Assembly: GCF_004010195.1 (NCBI RefSeq)
Contig: NC_057718.1
Location: 61,156,233-61,220,232, forward strand
Direction: 5' to 3'
Length of the DNA stretch: 64,000 bases
From: Chiloscyllium plagiosum
Taxonomy: Eukaryota
Program-made: the position numbers and the translations under genes
Shown: positions 14,136-24,952 of the stretch, in pieces
How positions within the stretch are numbered: position 1 is the first letter of the stretch
Layout of the letters: each line of letters opens with the position of its first letter
Notes under the pieces: generated by a model
Seen by the model: only the letters and a program-made list of their open reading frames with translations
The model's database searches: none
What the model was told of the DNA's origin: nothing

Positions 14136-14529
14136 GAAAACAAAAAATGCTGGAGATCACAATGGATCAGGCAGCATCCTACTGGATTGTCTTCATTCTC
14201 TGTCACCATGTCCTCTCTCCCCTTCCCCCAACCCAGTGGGACTGTTCTTCCTAGTCTGGCATTTAGACACACCATTTTTCTGCCATTCTCATATTCTGAT
14301 CAATTAATCTAAACTATCAACATCCTTTCTCGCTCAGCACTCCAACGCCTTCCCCCCACTATTGCAAAAATGTGGTTCCCTCCACGTTTGACTTTAGCTC
14401 TGATGAAGAGTAATGTAAACTTGAAACATTAGCTTGCTTTTTCTCTGTGGATGCTGCCAGGTCTGCTGTGATCTCCAGCATTTTTTGTTTTCTGTTCAGA
14501 CTTCAGCATCAGCAGTAATTTGCTCCTAC
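14136..14529 (+). mobile_element. PLE terminal repeat with inverted 5' arm (family C)
   Basis: GAAAACAAAAAATGCTGGAGATCAC at 14136 is the reverse complement of 14468-14492; pyrimidine-rich 3' UTR; hammerhead-like motif at 14397-14433. Confidence 0.75.
14397..14433 (+). ncRNA. Degenerate minimal hammerhead-ribozyme-like motif
   Basis: GCT-CTGATGA-A-GAG(TAATGTAAA)CTT-GAAA-CATT-AGC, with helix I GCT/AGC. Confidence 0.6.
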
Positions 14530-14719
14530 TAAGTAATTGAGTGTTCCTCAATTCAAGGGTGATGTCTACTTGATTGTCTTCACGTCAAGCCACATATCTT
14601 GGTGCACATTGGGCAGGATGCACCATAGGACAGTGAGACCCAATGCACTTAGTTCCTTTTCACTCTGCATCACTATTAAGACATTTGAACAAAAACATAC
14701 TGCAATTTGTTGGAAAAGT

Positions 14720-15660
14720 TGTCACTATTTTAACTAGCTTGTAACAAGCTTTTCCCAGTCTCTAATTTCAATGATACCAGGCTTCAAGAAAAGCTTCAGA
14801 GTGTCCTTGCAACATTTTCTTTTTTCTTCTCTGGATTGCTAGCTATTTGAGGCTTGAACAAGGAGGACTTAAATCAGGTCGGCAGATTTCCGCCATCCAG
14901 CTACAGTGTCCAGTCCATTTCACCAGTTTTGTAAGTGCTTTGCCTAAATGCAATGGATCTGGGTTCAAGAAGTAATTATCGTTTGTTTGACCATTCTCCA
15001 ATTGAATCTAGAGACCCTACTGGAGACACGGTTGCTGTAATCCCTGTAGCACTCTTTTGTGTCATTGATACACAGCCCAGATCTCAATGCAGTGCAGGGG
15101 TGAGGCAATAACAACTGCTCTGTACACGAGCTCCTTTATTAATCAAGTCTTTGTTGTCAAAGACTCATTGCTGTAGTTTGCAGGAGGATAGCTGGCCCAA
15201 CTGATTTAGTGATATCTTTATCTATGGTGGCCTTTTGTGTACCTAAGAATGGGAAGTATGCAACATATTCTAGAGTTTTTCCTTCAACAGTTGGCTGAGC
15301 AGCTCTAGATTCATACATTAGTTTATTTTGACAACATTCAAGGCCAGACTGAGTCTCTTATTCACAGAATTGAAGAGATCAAGATTATCATGTAAATCTG
15401 GAGCTGAGTGGATAATAACTCTACAGTCATCTGCATCTCACATATGTCTATGATGGTCAGTTTAGTTTTGGCATAGAAGCAACTAAGTCTTCTATTTTAT
15501 TCTATTCTATTTCTAGGAGTTTTCTATTTTGACAGTACTAAATAATGACATCAGAAGGCAATTGATATTTGATGAGGTGAACAACCTCTGCCAGGAGTAT
15601 TATAAACAATAAGGGAGCAATCACATAGCATTACTTGACACAGATGTGGATTTTGAAGAT
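14720..15660 (-). mobile_element. RTE-clade LINE remnant, 3' half of RT
   Basis: Minus strand reads IFKIHICVK*CYVIAPLLFII (GVKQGCVIAP motif), then KTLEYVAYFPFLG..KATIDKDI and LVYRAVVI. Confidence 0.75.
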
Positions 15661-16300
15661 AAAAACAGAAATTGCTGGAAAATCTCAGCCAGTCTGGCAG
15701 CATCCGTGGAAAGAAATCAGAGTTAACATTTTAAATCTAGTGAAGAAATATGACTGGACCCAAAACATTAACCCTGCTTTCTCTCCATAGATCGCTCCCT
15801 TATTATTTATAATACACCAAGTAGAGGTTGTTCACCTCATCAAATATCAATTGCTTCGGGCCTAGTGACCTTTCTTCACAGGGTTCGAAATTAGATTAGA
15901 TTAGATTAGATTAGATTAGATTAGATTAGATTAGATTACTTACAGTGTGGAAACAGGCCCTTCAGCCCAACAAGTCCACACCGCCCCGCCAAAGCACAAC
16001 TCACCCATACTCCTACATTTACCCCTCACCTAACACTACGGGCAATTTAGCATGGCCAATTCACCTGACCTGCACATCTTTGGACTGTGGGAGGAAACCG
16101 GAGGAAACCCACGCAGACACGGGGAGAATGTGCAAACTCCACACAGTCAGCCGCCTGAGGCGGGAATTGAACCCGGGTCTCTGGCGCTGTGTCATGGTGA
16201 AATGTTAACTCTGATTTCTTTCCACAGATGCTGCCAGACCTGCTGAGATTTTCTAGCCATTTCTATTTTTGTTTCAGATTTCCAGCATTCGCAGTTCTTT
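15661..16300. mobile_element. Fold-back PLE derivative (family B) containing captured flank DNA and an HE1 SINE
   Basis: Left arm AAAAACAGAAATTGCTGGAAAATCTCAGCCAGTCTGGCAGCATC..GAGTTAACATTT is the inverse of about 16200-16272; hammerhead-like debris at 15740-15775 and 15855-15890. Confidence 0.75.
15891..16191 (-). mobile_element. HE1-type SINE, 5'-truncated, with (TCTAA)9 tail
   Basis: Close reverse complement of 60177-60513; (TTAGA)9 at 15891-15935. Confidence 0.92.
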
Positions 16301-16319
16301 GAGGGGTTTTTTTTGCCTC

Positions 16320-17190
16320 AGATTTTGACAGTGTCAGTTTCAGCTTTCCTGCTCAAGACAGTCCAGTAATGTGACTGTGAATTCACAGCGATAACTGATA
16401 CCCTCTCTAGTAAACTGTGGTAGAAACCAGGATGGAGCTGTATCAAGTCCCCAAGTGCATGAAAATCAGCAAATCCTGAGCCCTGATGGTACTGCTTCAA
16501 AGGAGCTGAGCTTTTGCTCATATCAAGACTTGATGCACTCATCACATGGATTTGGAAGGAATGCAAAATTGTGACTACCTTCATGAAATGAGATGGAAAT
16601 GATCAAGGTATTACCCTGCTCTCTAAAACAGCGAAAATCCTGACAGTCTCCTGAATCACCTACTTCCTATTGCTGAGGAAACCCTTCCAGTGACACAAAG
16701 TAACTTTAGACCTTCAGAAGGAACATTTAACATTGGCTTTTGATGGCAGACAAATCCAGGAAAACTGTTGAAAACAACACCTGGAACCTTTCATTGCCTT
16801 CATCAAGCATCTGCCCAAAGCATTTAACTTGGGTGCATATTGAAGACCTGTGGATTGTTGTCAGGAAATTTTGATGTCCAATAAACAGCAACGCAATCCT
16901 GCAACTGCTGCACGATGTCAAAAGCGTGGTGCTGAAAAAGCACAGCTAGTCAGGCATCATCCAAGGAGCAGGAGAATGGATGTTTCAGGCATAAGCTCGT
17001 CATCATTCCTGATGAAGGGCTTACACGCGAAATGTCGATTCTCCTACTCCTCGGGTGCTGCCTGACTGGCTGTGCTTTTCCAGCACCACACTCTTTGACT
17101 CTGATCTCCAGTATCTGCAGTCCTCACTTTCTCCCACTGCTGCACGGTAATTTAATTACAAGTGTCTTGAGTGGAGGATCAAAAGAAGTA
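16320..17190 (+). mobile_element. RTE-clade LINE remnant, 5' half of RT (inverted relative to 14720-15660)
   Basis: Fragments read SRLDALITWIWKE, GITLLSKTAKIL, NHLLPIAEETLP, ARQIQENC, LPKAFN and ILQLLH|GNLITSVLSGGSKE. Confidence 0.75.
16915..17135. mobile_element. Fold-back mini PLE derivative (family A)
   Basis: 11-bp TSD ACTGCTGCACG at 16904-16914 and 17136-17146; CTGATGAAGGGCTTACACGCGAAATGTC at 17009-17036. Confidence 0.87.
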
Positions 17191-17859
17191 ATAAGACAAG
17201 AGAAACAGAAACACTTCGAATTCAGGGGTATGAATTCTGATACAAATGGGGACTGGGGAGTCTGTGGAGGAGGGGTGAAAATACAGGCATCTCAAAGATG
17301 CACATCCCTTGTTAAATTTCATGGCAAGACCTGATCACAGCTTTAGATAGATTAAGGTTTTGTGTGGGATTGCTGGGGTATTGGAGGAGGTCGGGGGGCG
17401 CTCTGAGATGCAAATGGGCATGATTGCGGTTTGGTGGTGGCTGGGCAGGACAGCAATGAAGGGAGACCTCAATCATCGGAAGGCTTCCTTCTGGGCTGGA
17501 AGGGAGCGATCCTGCTTTTCCTGGTTCACAAGGAACGCTGTAAAGACCACTTTTCTTCTTGAGCTGGGTGCTTGCACTTCCAGTTTACTGCCAGCAGTCC
17601 TGGGGACTGCACTGTGGGAACCTCACCATAACATTACAATCAAAAACCCCACATCTCTAAGTTAGGGCTCGAACATGCCTCACTGTCTATTGCCAAAACA
17701 AGTGACAGCTGTGTATCTGCAGGAAATTAGCATTATGTTTCACATGCAGGGATCTAACTCCTTGCGATGCTCCATGAAGTATTATGCCTTAGACATCTTT
17801 TACTGACCACCTCTACAGCACACTATGATTTCCTCACCATATTGTGGAGTGGGGCAGCC

Positions 17860-18650
17860 AACTGCGCATTGCCTTGTTCAAAGCTCCGATAGTGACCAGC
17901 CTAACCGAGGGAATTCATGCAGGTCCCTCCCTGTATTAGACTGGGCAAATTCCTCTATGCTCAAATTTTCTAATTGTCAGGAGTAATGCTTTCCTTGGTA
18001 ATAATGTACCCAAGATTCCGTACTATTTTACAGAAAAGTTGGCATTTCCCTGATTTGACTTTCAAGTTAAATGCGACAGCTGGGCTGAGTTAATGTATAG
18101 TCTTCAAAGGTTCCTTTTGAATATTGATCTTTAGATGAGTATATTGTCCAGAAACACCAGGAGGGAGTGGAAATTAAATGGAAATGGTTTATCCATCACA
18201 CAGTGAAGTGGCAGAGCATTACAGAGACCAAATGGTATTGTTGTGTATTTGTAAATTCCCTAGTGCCTATTTAGAATGTTGTATTTTTGATACCTTGTTC
18301 AGTGATGGATAGCTGATTATAACTGTGGACCAAATTGAGACTGCAGAAATACTGAGCAGCTTTGAAAACTTTCAGTACTTCCTCAATCCTAGGTAGAGGG
18401 CAAACATCATGATGAGTCTTTATGTTGACTGGTAATCCACAGATCCTCCACTTTCTGTCTTTCTTCTTCATGAGGACAATGGGAAAGGTGTGCAGACTTG
18501 ATGACTCTCAGATGACACCTAGCTCCAAAGACGTCTGCAAGTTGTCCCAGACTTTCTTCCAGTGATGCACAGGATCTGCCAGTAAGGAATCTATAGTCAC
18601 AATCTTATTGTTTACTAGGTCAAAATATCCAGTGTCATCATCACCTTGCT
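17860..18650 (-). mobile_element. Ty3/Gypsy RT remnant
   Basis: KKKDRKWRIC...PLPRIEEVLKVFKAAQYFCSLNLVHSYNQL (ORF 18271-18471), followed by degenerate downstream RT sequence. Confidence 0.75.
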
Positions 18651-19067
18651 GAAAGTCACTCTGAACTTAGGTGACTTCTCTGGGTTTCCCTAAACTCACC
18701 AAATTCAAAGAGGACACGAGGTTAGAAATACCTACTCAAGTGTGGCCACTGTCCATTAGAGTGTCAGATTAAGGAAAATTGTTTGTAGGTAAACACCTTT
18801 GGCAAGCTGCATTGTTACCCTACAATTTTCTCCCGCAGCGACAGTGACCCCTTGAGTTACACAAAATGGGAGCCCTGTTACGTGTGACATGTGACACTCT
18901 AGCAAGGCCAGATGGAGATGTTTGCCATGAATGTTCAAAATCAGTGAAGGAATGGGCAGGTTAAAGAACAGTCATGTTCTGCTACTAAATGGATAATTAT
19001 AATCAATTTTTGCCGTCTTCATGGTAATGCCACCATGAAATACATCTTTCACTGCCATCCACATTAA

Positions 19068-19272
19068 GCTTTCAGAAAGGACGGTTCAGTGCGTGACACT
19101 CTGGTCCACTGATCTGGCACTTCCTACACCTCATTCCCTCCCTGGTACCTTCTAATGCAAACACTGGAGTTGTAACATTCTCCCTTTTATCTGCTCTCTC
19201 CTCACTGTTGAAGACCCCAAACATTCTTTCAAGGTGGGGCAGTTAGCTACGTGCACTTCTTTCAATCTAGTC
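19068..19272 (+). mobile_element. PLE ORF fragment (linker upstream of GIY-YIG)
   Basis: FRKDGSVRDTLVH...PKHSFKVGQLATCTSFNLV, homologous to about 42650-42850. Confidence 0.7.
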
Positions 19273-19960
19273 ATAAAGTCATGGTGTCATAAGGTTGTAC
19301 AGCCCTGAAACAGACCCTACGGTCCAACTCATCCATGCTGACCAGATATTCTAAATTAATCTAGTCCCATTTGCCAGTTGTCTCCTGCTGTATAACTCTA
19401 TGACTACAAGTCATTCATTCCACAAACAAACCACCCTCTCTGTAAAAGATTTGCCCCACCCCTTTTTAAAATCCCTCTTCTCTCATCTTAAAACTCTGTC
19501 CCTTATTCTTGAAATCCCCCATCCTAGGGGAAAAAAACATGAACCCTATCACTGTGGAACACTGCTGGTGACAGGTCTCCCATCTGAAAAGCAACCCTCT
19601 CCCACCACTCTCTGTCTCCTGCTGTTACGCCAATTATGTACAGTCAGTTCTTCTATAACCCAATGGTTGCGTTCTTGTACAACCCTGCGTTATAGAAAAA
19701 TTACGCTTTAGAAGCAGCACTTAAAGTGTTGCTGCTGTAATCGCATTACAGCCAACATACATTTTAGAAACAGCGTCCCTAATTTGTCAATCATGTCACA
19801 GTGAATTCACATTGACAAAACAAGAACTACTTGTAACAGAACTACCTGTATCAAAAATGGCAAGCTCACTCTGAATCCCCTATCTTTACTAATTATTCCA
19901 TCATGTGGAACCTTGTCTGAGGCTTTACTAAAATCCGAAGGCGTTTGGTATGCTTTCCTA
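19273..19960 (-). mobile_element. Scrambled CR1 fragments
   Basis: CR1 3' UTR at 19273-19378, short opposite-strand pieces, and an RT segment at 19545-19935 split by the MITE. Confidence 0.75.
19641..19848. mobile_element. MITE, Tc1/mariner-pogo type
   Basis: TA at 19639-19640 and 19849-19850; imperfect TIRs CAGTCAGTTCTTCTATAA versus CAGGTAGTTCTGTTACAA (13 of 18 identical); removing it restores contiguous CR1 sequence. Confidence 0.75.
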
Positions 19961-19964
19961 GGAG

Positions 19965-20035
19965 GGTCGACATTTTGAGCATAAGCTCTTCATCAGGAAT
20001 CATCTTCCTGATGAAGAGCTTATATTTGAATCATC
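19965..20035. mobile_element. Minimal fold-back PLE core (two opposed hammerhead-like halves)
   Basis: ATAAGCTCTTCATCAGGAA-TCATC-TTCCTGATGAAGAGCTTAT forms a perfect 19-bp hairpin. Confidence 0.75.
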
Positions 20036-20039
20036 TCCT

Positions 20040-23000
20040 CTATATCTTTATCCTAATATCTTAAACCCATGATGCCTCATGCCAGTCAATCCTGCCCTGG
20101 AGAAAAGTCTCTGGCTACTGACTCTATCTATGCCTCTCATTACCTTGCATACCTCGATCAGGTCACTTATCTTCCTCCTTCTCTCCAGAGAGAAAAGGTC
20201 AAGCTTAGTCAACCTCTCCTCATAAGACATGCCCCTCCAGTCCAGGCAGCATCCTGGTAAACCTTCTTTGCACCCTCTCCAAAGACTCTGTAGTTTTCCT
20301 ATAGTAGGGCGACCAGAACTGGACACAATATTCCAAGTGTGGTCTCACCAGCGACTTGTAGAGCTGTAGCAAAACCTCGTGGCTCTTAAACTCGATTCCC
20401 CTGTTAATGAAACCCTATCCACTTGGGTGGCAACTTTGAGGGACCTATGCATTTGAACACCAGGATCACTTTGTTCCTCCACATTGCCAAGAATCTTGTC
20501 TTTAATCCTATATTCAGCATTCAAGTTCAACCTTCCAAAATGCATCACTTCATATTTATCCAGGTTGAACTCCATCTGCCATTTCTCAGCCCAGCTCTGC
20601 ATCTTGTCTATGTCGAGCTGCAGCCTGCAATAGCCCTCAATAGTATCAACGGCACTTCCAAACTTTGTGTCGTCTACAAATTTACTAATCCACCCCTCAA
20701 TCTCCAAGTCATTTATAAAAACTACAAAAAAAGCAGAGGCCCAAGATCAGAGCCTTGCAGGACACCACTCAACACTGACCTCCAGGCAGAATACTTGCCA
20801 TCTACAACTACTCTCTGCCTTCTTTCAGCCAACTAATTCTGAATCTCGGATAGCCAAATTTCCCTGTATCCCATACCTCCTGACTTTATGAATAAGCCTA
20901 CCATGGGGAACCTTATCAAATGCCTTGCAGAAGTCCATATATGCCACATCTACTGATCGAACTTCATTGACCTATCTTGTAACCTCCTCGAAGAATTCAA
21001 TAAGATTAATTAGGCATGATCTTCCCCTCATAAAGCCATGCTGACTGCCTTTAATCATGCTATGCTTTTCCAAATAGTCACAAATCCTATCTCTCAGAAT
21101 TCTTTCCAAACCTTGCTGACCACAGATGTAAGACTGACTGGTCTGTAATTGCCAGGGATTTCCTTATTACCTTTCTTGAAAAGAGGAGCAACATTTGCCT
21201 CCTTCCAATCCTCCAGTACTCCCCTGGAGAATAGGGAGCCGAAGATCTTTGCCAGCGGCTTAGCAACCTCCTTTCTCACTTCCCAGAGCAACCTAGTATA
21301 AATCTGGTCTGGCCCTGGGGACTTATCAATCTTAATGTTTGCCAAAATTTCCAGCACATCAACTTCATCAATCTTGATCTGTTCAAGACTGTAATGACCT
21401 TCCAAGCCTATATCCCAGCTTTTCAAAGTTCTCATTCGCAATAAGATCCCTTTCCTTAGTGAAAACTGAGGCAAAAAAACCTCATTTAGGGCTTCCTCTG
21501 TCTGCTCAGACTCCACGCACAAGCTCCCTATGCTATCCCTGATTGGCCCTACTTCTCCCTGATCATTCTCCTATTCTTCACACTTGAGTAAAATGTCTTT
21601 GGGTTCTCCCTAATTCTTCCTGCCTAGCCTTTCTCATGTCCCCTCCTGGCTCTCCTCAGTCCATTTCTGAGCTCCTTTCTAGCAAGCCTGTAATCCTTTA
21701 AAGCTGTGCTAGGACCTTACTTCTGCCACCTTACATAAGCTGTCTTCTTCTTTTTGACGAGAAGCTCCTCTGTTCTCGTCATCCAAGCCTCCTTAATCTT
21801 ACCCCTTCTTACCTGTCTCAGAGGAACAAATTCATGCATCACTCACAACAACTGCTCCTTAAACACAGTCTCCACATGTCTGCTGTGCCCTTTCTGTGGA
21901 ATAATTGCTCCCAGTCTGTACTTCCCAACTCCTATCTGATAGTGTCATAATTTCCTTTTCCCCAATTAACTATCTTCCCATGGTGACTGCTCCTTTTCCT
22001 CTCCAAGGCTATGGTAAATGTGAGGAGAAAGTGAGGTCTGCAGATGCTGGAGATCAGAGATGGAAATGTGTTGCTGGAAAAGCGCAGCAGGTCAGGCAGC
22101 ATCTAGGGAACAGGAGAATCGACGTTTCGGGCTTCTTCAGGAAGGGCTAATGCCCGAAACGTCGATTCTCCTGTTCCCTAGAAGCTGTCTGACCTGCTGC
22201 GCTTTTCCAGCAACACATTTCCATCTATGGTAAATGTGAGGCATTTGTGATCACTGTCACCAAAGTGTTCTCCCACCGTGACATCTGACACCTGTCCTGG
22301 CTCATTGCCGAACACAAAATGGCCTCTCCCTCATCGGCATGTCCACATACTGAGTAAGGAAACTCTCCTGAACACACCTGACAAAAACAGCTCCATCCGA
22401 ACCATCTGCACTAAGGAGGTTCTAGTCAATAATGGGAAAGTTGAAGTTACCCATAACAACAACTCTGCCACATTTGCATTTTTCCAAAATCTGCCAGCTT
22501 ATCAGTTCTTCAATCTCCCTACTACTATTTAGGGGTCTGTAGAAAACCCCCAATGAGTTGGCTGCTCCCTTGCTGTTCCTAACTTTCACCCATACTGACT
22601 CAGTAGGCAAACCTTCCTCAACAACCTTCATTTCTATAGCTGTGATGCATACTTTGATTATCAATGCTACACCCCCTCCTATTTTTCCACCCTCCCTGTC
22701 CTTTTTAAACATTCTAAACTCTGGAACATCTAGCAACCATTCCTGTGCCTGTAATACCCACGTCTCCGTTATGGCCACAACATCATAGCTCCAAGTACTG
22801 ATCCATGCTGTAGGTTCATCACTCTTATTTCTGACACTCCCTGCATTAAAGCAGACACACTTTAACTGATCCCTTTGTTTCATCACGTGAGAAACCTTCC
22901 CAATAGATTCACTACATTCCTGTCACTGCCCCATCCACAACTACCCCCATTCCCCCAGGTATGTAGCTCTGGTTCCCATCCCCTTGCCAAACTCGTTTAA

Positions 23001-24305
23001 ACCCTTCTGAACCCCACGGGCAAATCTCCCACCCAGGACATTTGTGCCCCTCCAGTTCTGGTGCAACCAGTCCTTCATGTACAGGTCCCACCTTCCCCAG
23101 AAGACATCCCAATAGTCTAAGTATATGAAGCCCTCCCTCCTGCACTAGCCTTGCAGCCACATGTTAAGCTGCATTCGCTGACTGTTCCTCACCTCACTAT
23201 CTCGTGACACCGGTAGCAAACTTGAGATCACTGCTCTACTTGTCCTGCTCTTCAGCTTCCAACCTAACTCTCAGTAGTCACTTTTCAGATCCTCAATCCC
23301 TTTCCTGGCTATATCGTTGGTGCCAATACGTACCACAATTCCTGGCTGCTCGCCCTCCCTCTTCAGAATCCAGTAAACCCAATCAGCAACATCCTGGATT
23401 CTGGCACCGGGGAGGCAACATATCTTCCGTGAGTCCTCTTACTGACCATAAAATCTCCTGTCAGTCTGTCTAACTATTGAGTCCCCCACCACTAACACTT
23501 TTCTATTCTTCCCCCTTCCCTTCTGAGCCACAGTTCCAGGCTCAGTGCCAGAGACCTGACAACTATGGCTTTCCCCTGATAGGCCGTCCCCACCAGCAGT
23601 ATCCAAAATGGTATACTTATTGCTGAGGGGAACGCCTACAGGGGATACCTGCTATATCTGTTGATTCCTTTCCTCCCCCTGACTGTAACCTAGCTGCCCT
23701 TATCCTGTGTCTGGGGCTGACCACCTCCCTGTACAGCCTCTCAATTTCTCACTCAGCCTCCCAGATGATCTGTAGTTCATCCAGCTCCAGCTCCAGTTCC
23801 CTAACTCAGTTTTCAAGGAGCTGAAGTAGGGTGCACTTCCCATAGATGTGGTCAGCAGATGTGTATAGTATCTTTCACCTGCCACATTCTGCAGGAGGAA
23901 CATGCAACTGCCCTAATAGCCATACCCCGCTAATCTGAAAGCCCACACAGGACTAAACAAGGAAGAGAAGAAAAGAGAAAAAATAATGAGAAAACCCGAA
24001 AACTTACCGTGTTCACAGACTCTTAGTAAGGTTAGAAGAGGTGGGTGGGAGGGATGCCCTATAGTGTAGGGTCTGGGGTTTAGATCTCACCCACTTAAAA
24101 ACTTCCCAGCAGCCCTCGCTTCTCTTCGCCCTCGCTCCTCGCCTCTCTGTTCAAAAAATTTTGTTTTATACTCACCTTCCCAGCAGTCCTCTGCTCCTCC
24201 CTTGCACCCCTAGACAAATGAAGGCCCTGACGCCTGAGGTAAGCTTTTTAAACTGTTGTACTCACCTTTCCACCAGTCCTCTGCTCCTCTCTCACACCTC
24301 TTGAC
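20040..24305 (-). mobile_element. CR1-clade LINE with 5' UTR, ORF1 and ORF2; 3' UTR missing
   Basis: ORF1 start near 23920 (ACSSCRMW); endonuclease CVCFNAGSV, DVVAITETWV; RT KSPGPDQIY, GNYRPVSLTS, SKFVDDTK. Confidence 0.95.
22026..22224. mobile_element. Fold-back mini PLE derivative (family A) inside CR1
   Basis: 17-bp duplication CTATGGTAAATGTGAGG at 22009-22025 and 22225-22241; near-perfect inverted arms; GGGCTAATGCCCGAAACGTC. Confidence 0.92.
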
Positions 24306-24310
24306 AAAAA
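24169..24310 (-). repeat. Duplicated ~50-bp unit in the CR1 5' UTR
   Basis: TACTCACCTTCCCAGCAGTCCTCTGCTCCTC at about 24169 and a near copy at about 24259; partial third copy near 24101. Confidence 0.75.
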
Positions 24311-24752
24311 AAAATCTGTTTTTATTTCAGGCTTCCAGCTTCTGCAGTAGTCTGTTTTCTGATGGATATTCTCAACAGCGTCCTTTTCTGTCAAAGACAC
24401 TATGACCCTGTAAAAGGGGACTTGCAAAAAAGTAAAAACTAAGCTTGCTATAATTCAGTGACGAACCCTGATTAACTCTACGATTCCATAAGCACTGAGC
24501 CTGGGTCATGTGTAGATGTGAGAAAAGGTCTCAGAGATGTTTGTACATAGATTGCAGATCAAGAAGCATTGCTAGCACTGCTCTCATCCCTAGTTCAGGT
24601 TTCCCTCTCCCCTCTAGACAGTAAGTGCCGACTCTCAAAATTGACTCCAAAAACACAGTAATATAAAACAAAGAACTGTGAATGCCAAAAATCTGAAACA
24701 AAATCAGAAATTGCTGGAGAAATTCAGCAGGTCTGGCAGAATCTGTGGAGAG

Positions 24753-24952
24753 GAGAAAGTGAGGTCTGCAGATGCTGGAGATCAGAGCTGAAAATGTGTT
24801 GCTGGAAAAGTGCAGCAGGTCAGACAGCATCGAGGGAACAGGAGAATCGACGTTTCGGGCATAACCCTGAAGAAGGGCTTATGCCCGAAACGTCGATTCT
24901 CCTGTTCCCTGGATGTTGCCTGACCTGCTGCGCTTTTCCAGCAACACATTTT
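24753..24952. mobile_element. Fold-back mini PLE derivative (family A)
   Basis: 16-bp duplication CAGAATCTGTGGAGAG at 24737-24752 and 24953-24968; near-perfect inverted arms. Confidence 0.92.
24867..24894 (+). ncRNA. Minimal hammerhead ribozyme core motif
   Basis: CTGAAGA-A-GGGC(TTAT)GCCC-GAAA-CGTC; palindromic ACGT in place of helix III; the 5' strand of helix I is lost at the inversion point. Confidence 0.72.

Noticed and set aside
22026..22224. miRNA precursor or DNA-transposon MITE reading of the hairpins
   Set aside because: Arms are unequal, TSD lengths vary from 11 to 18 bp and the sequence matches a PLE terminal repeat.
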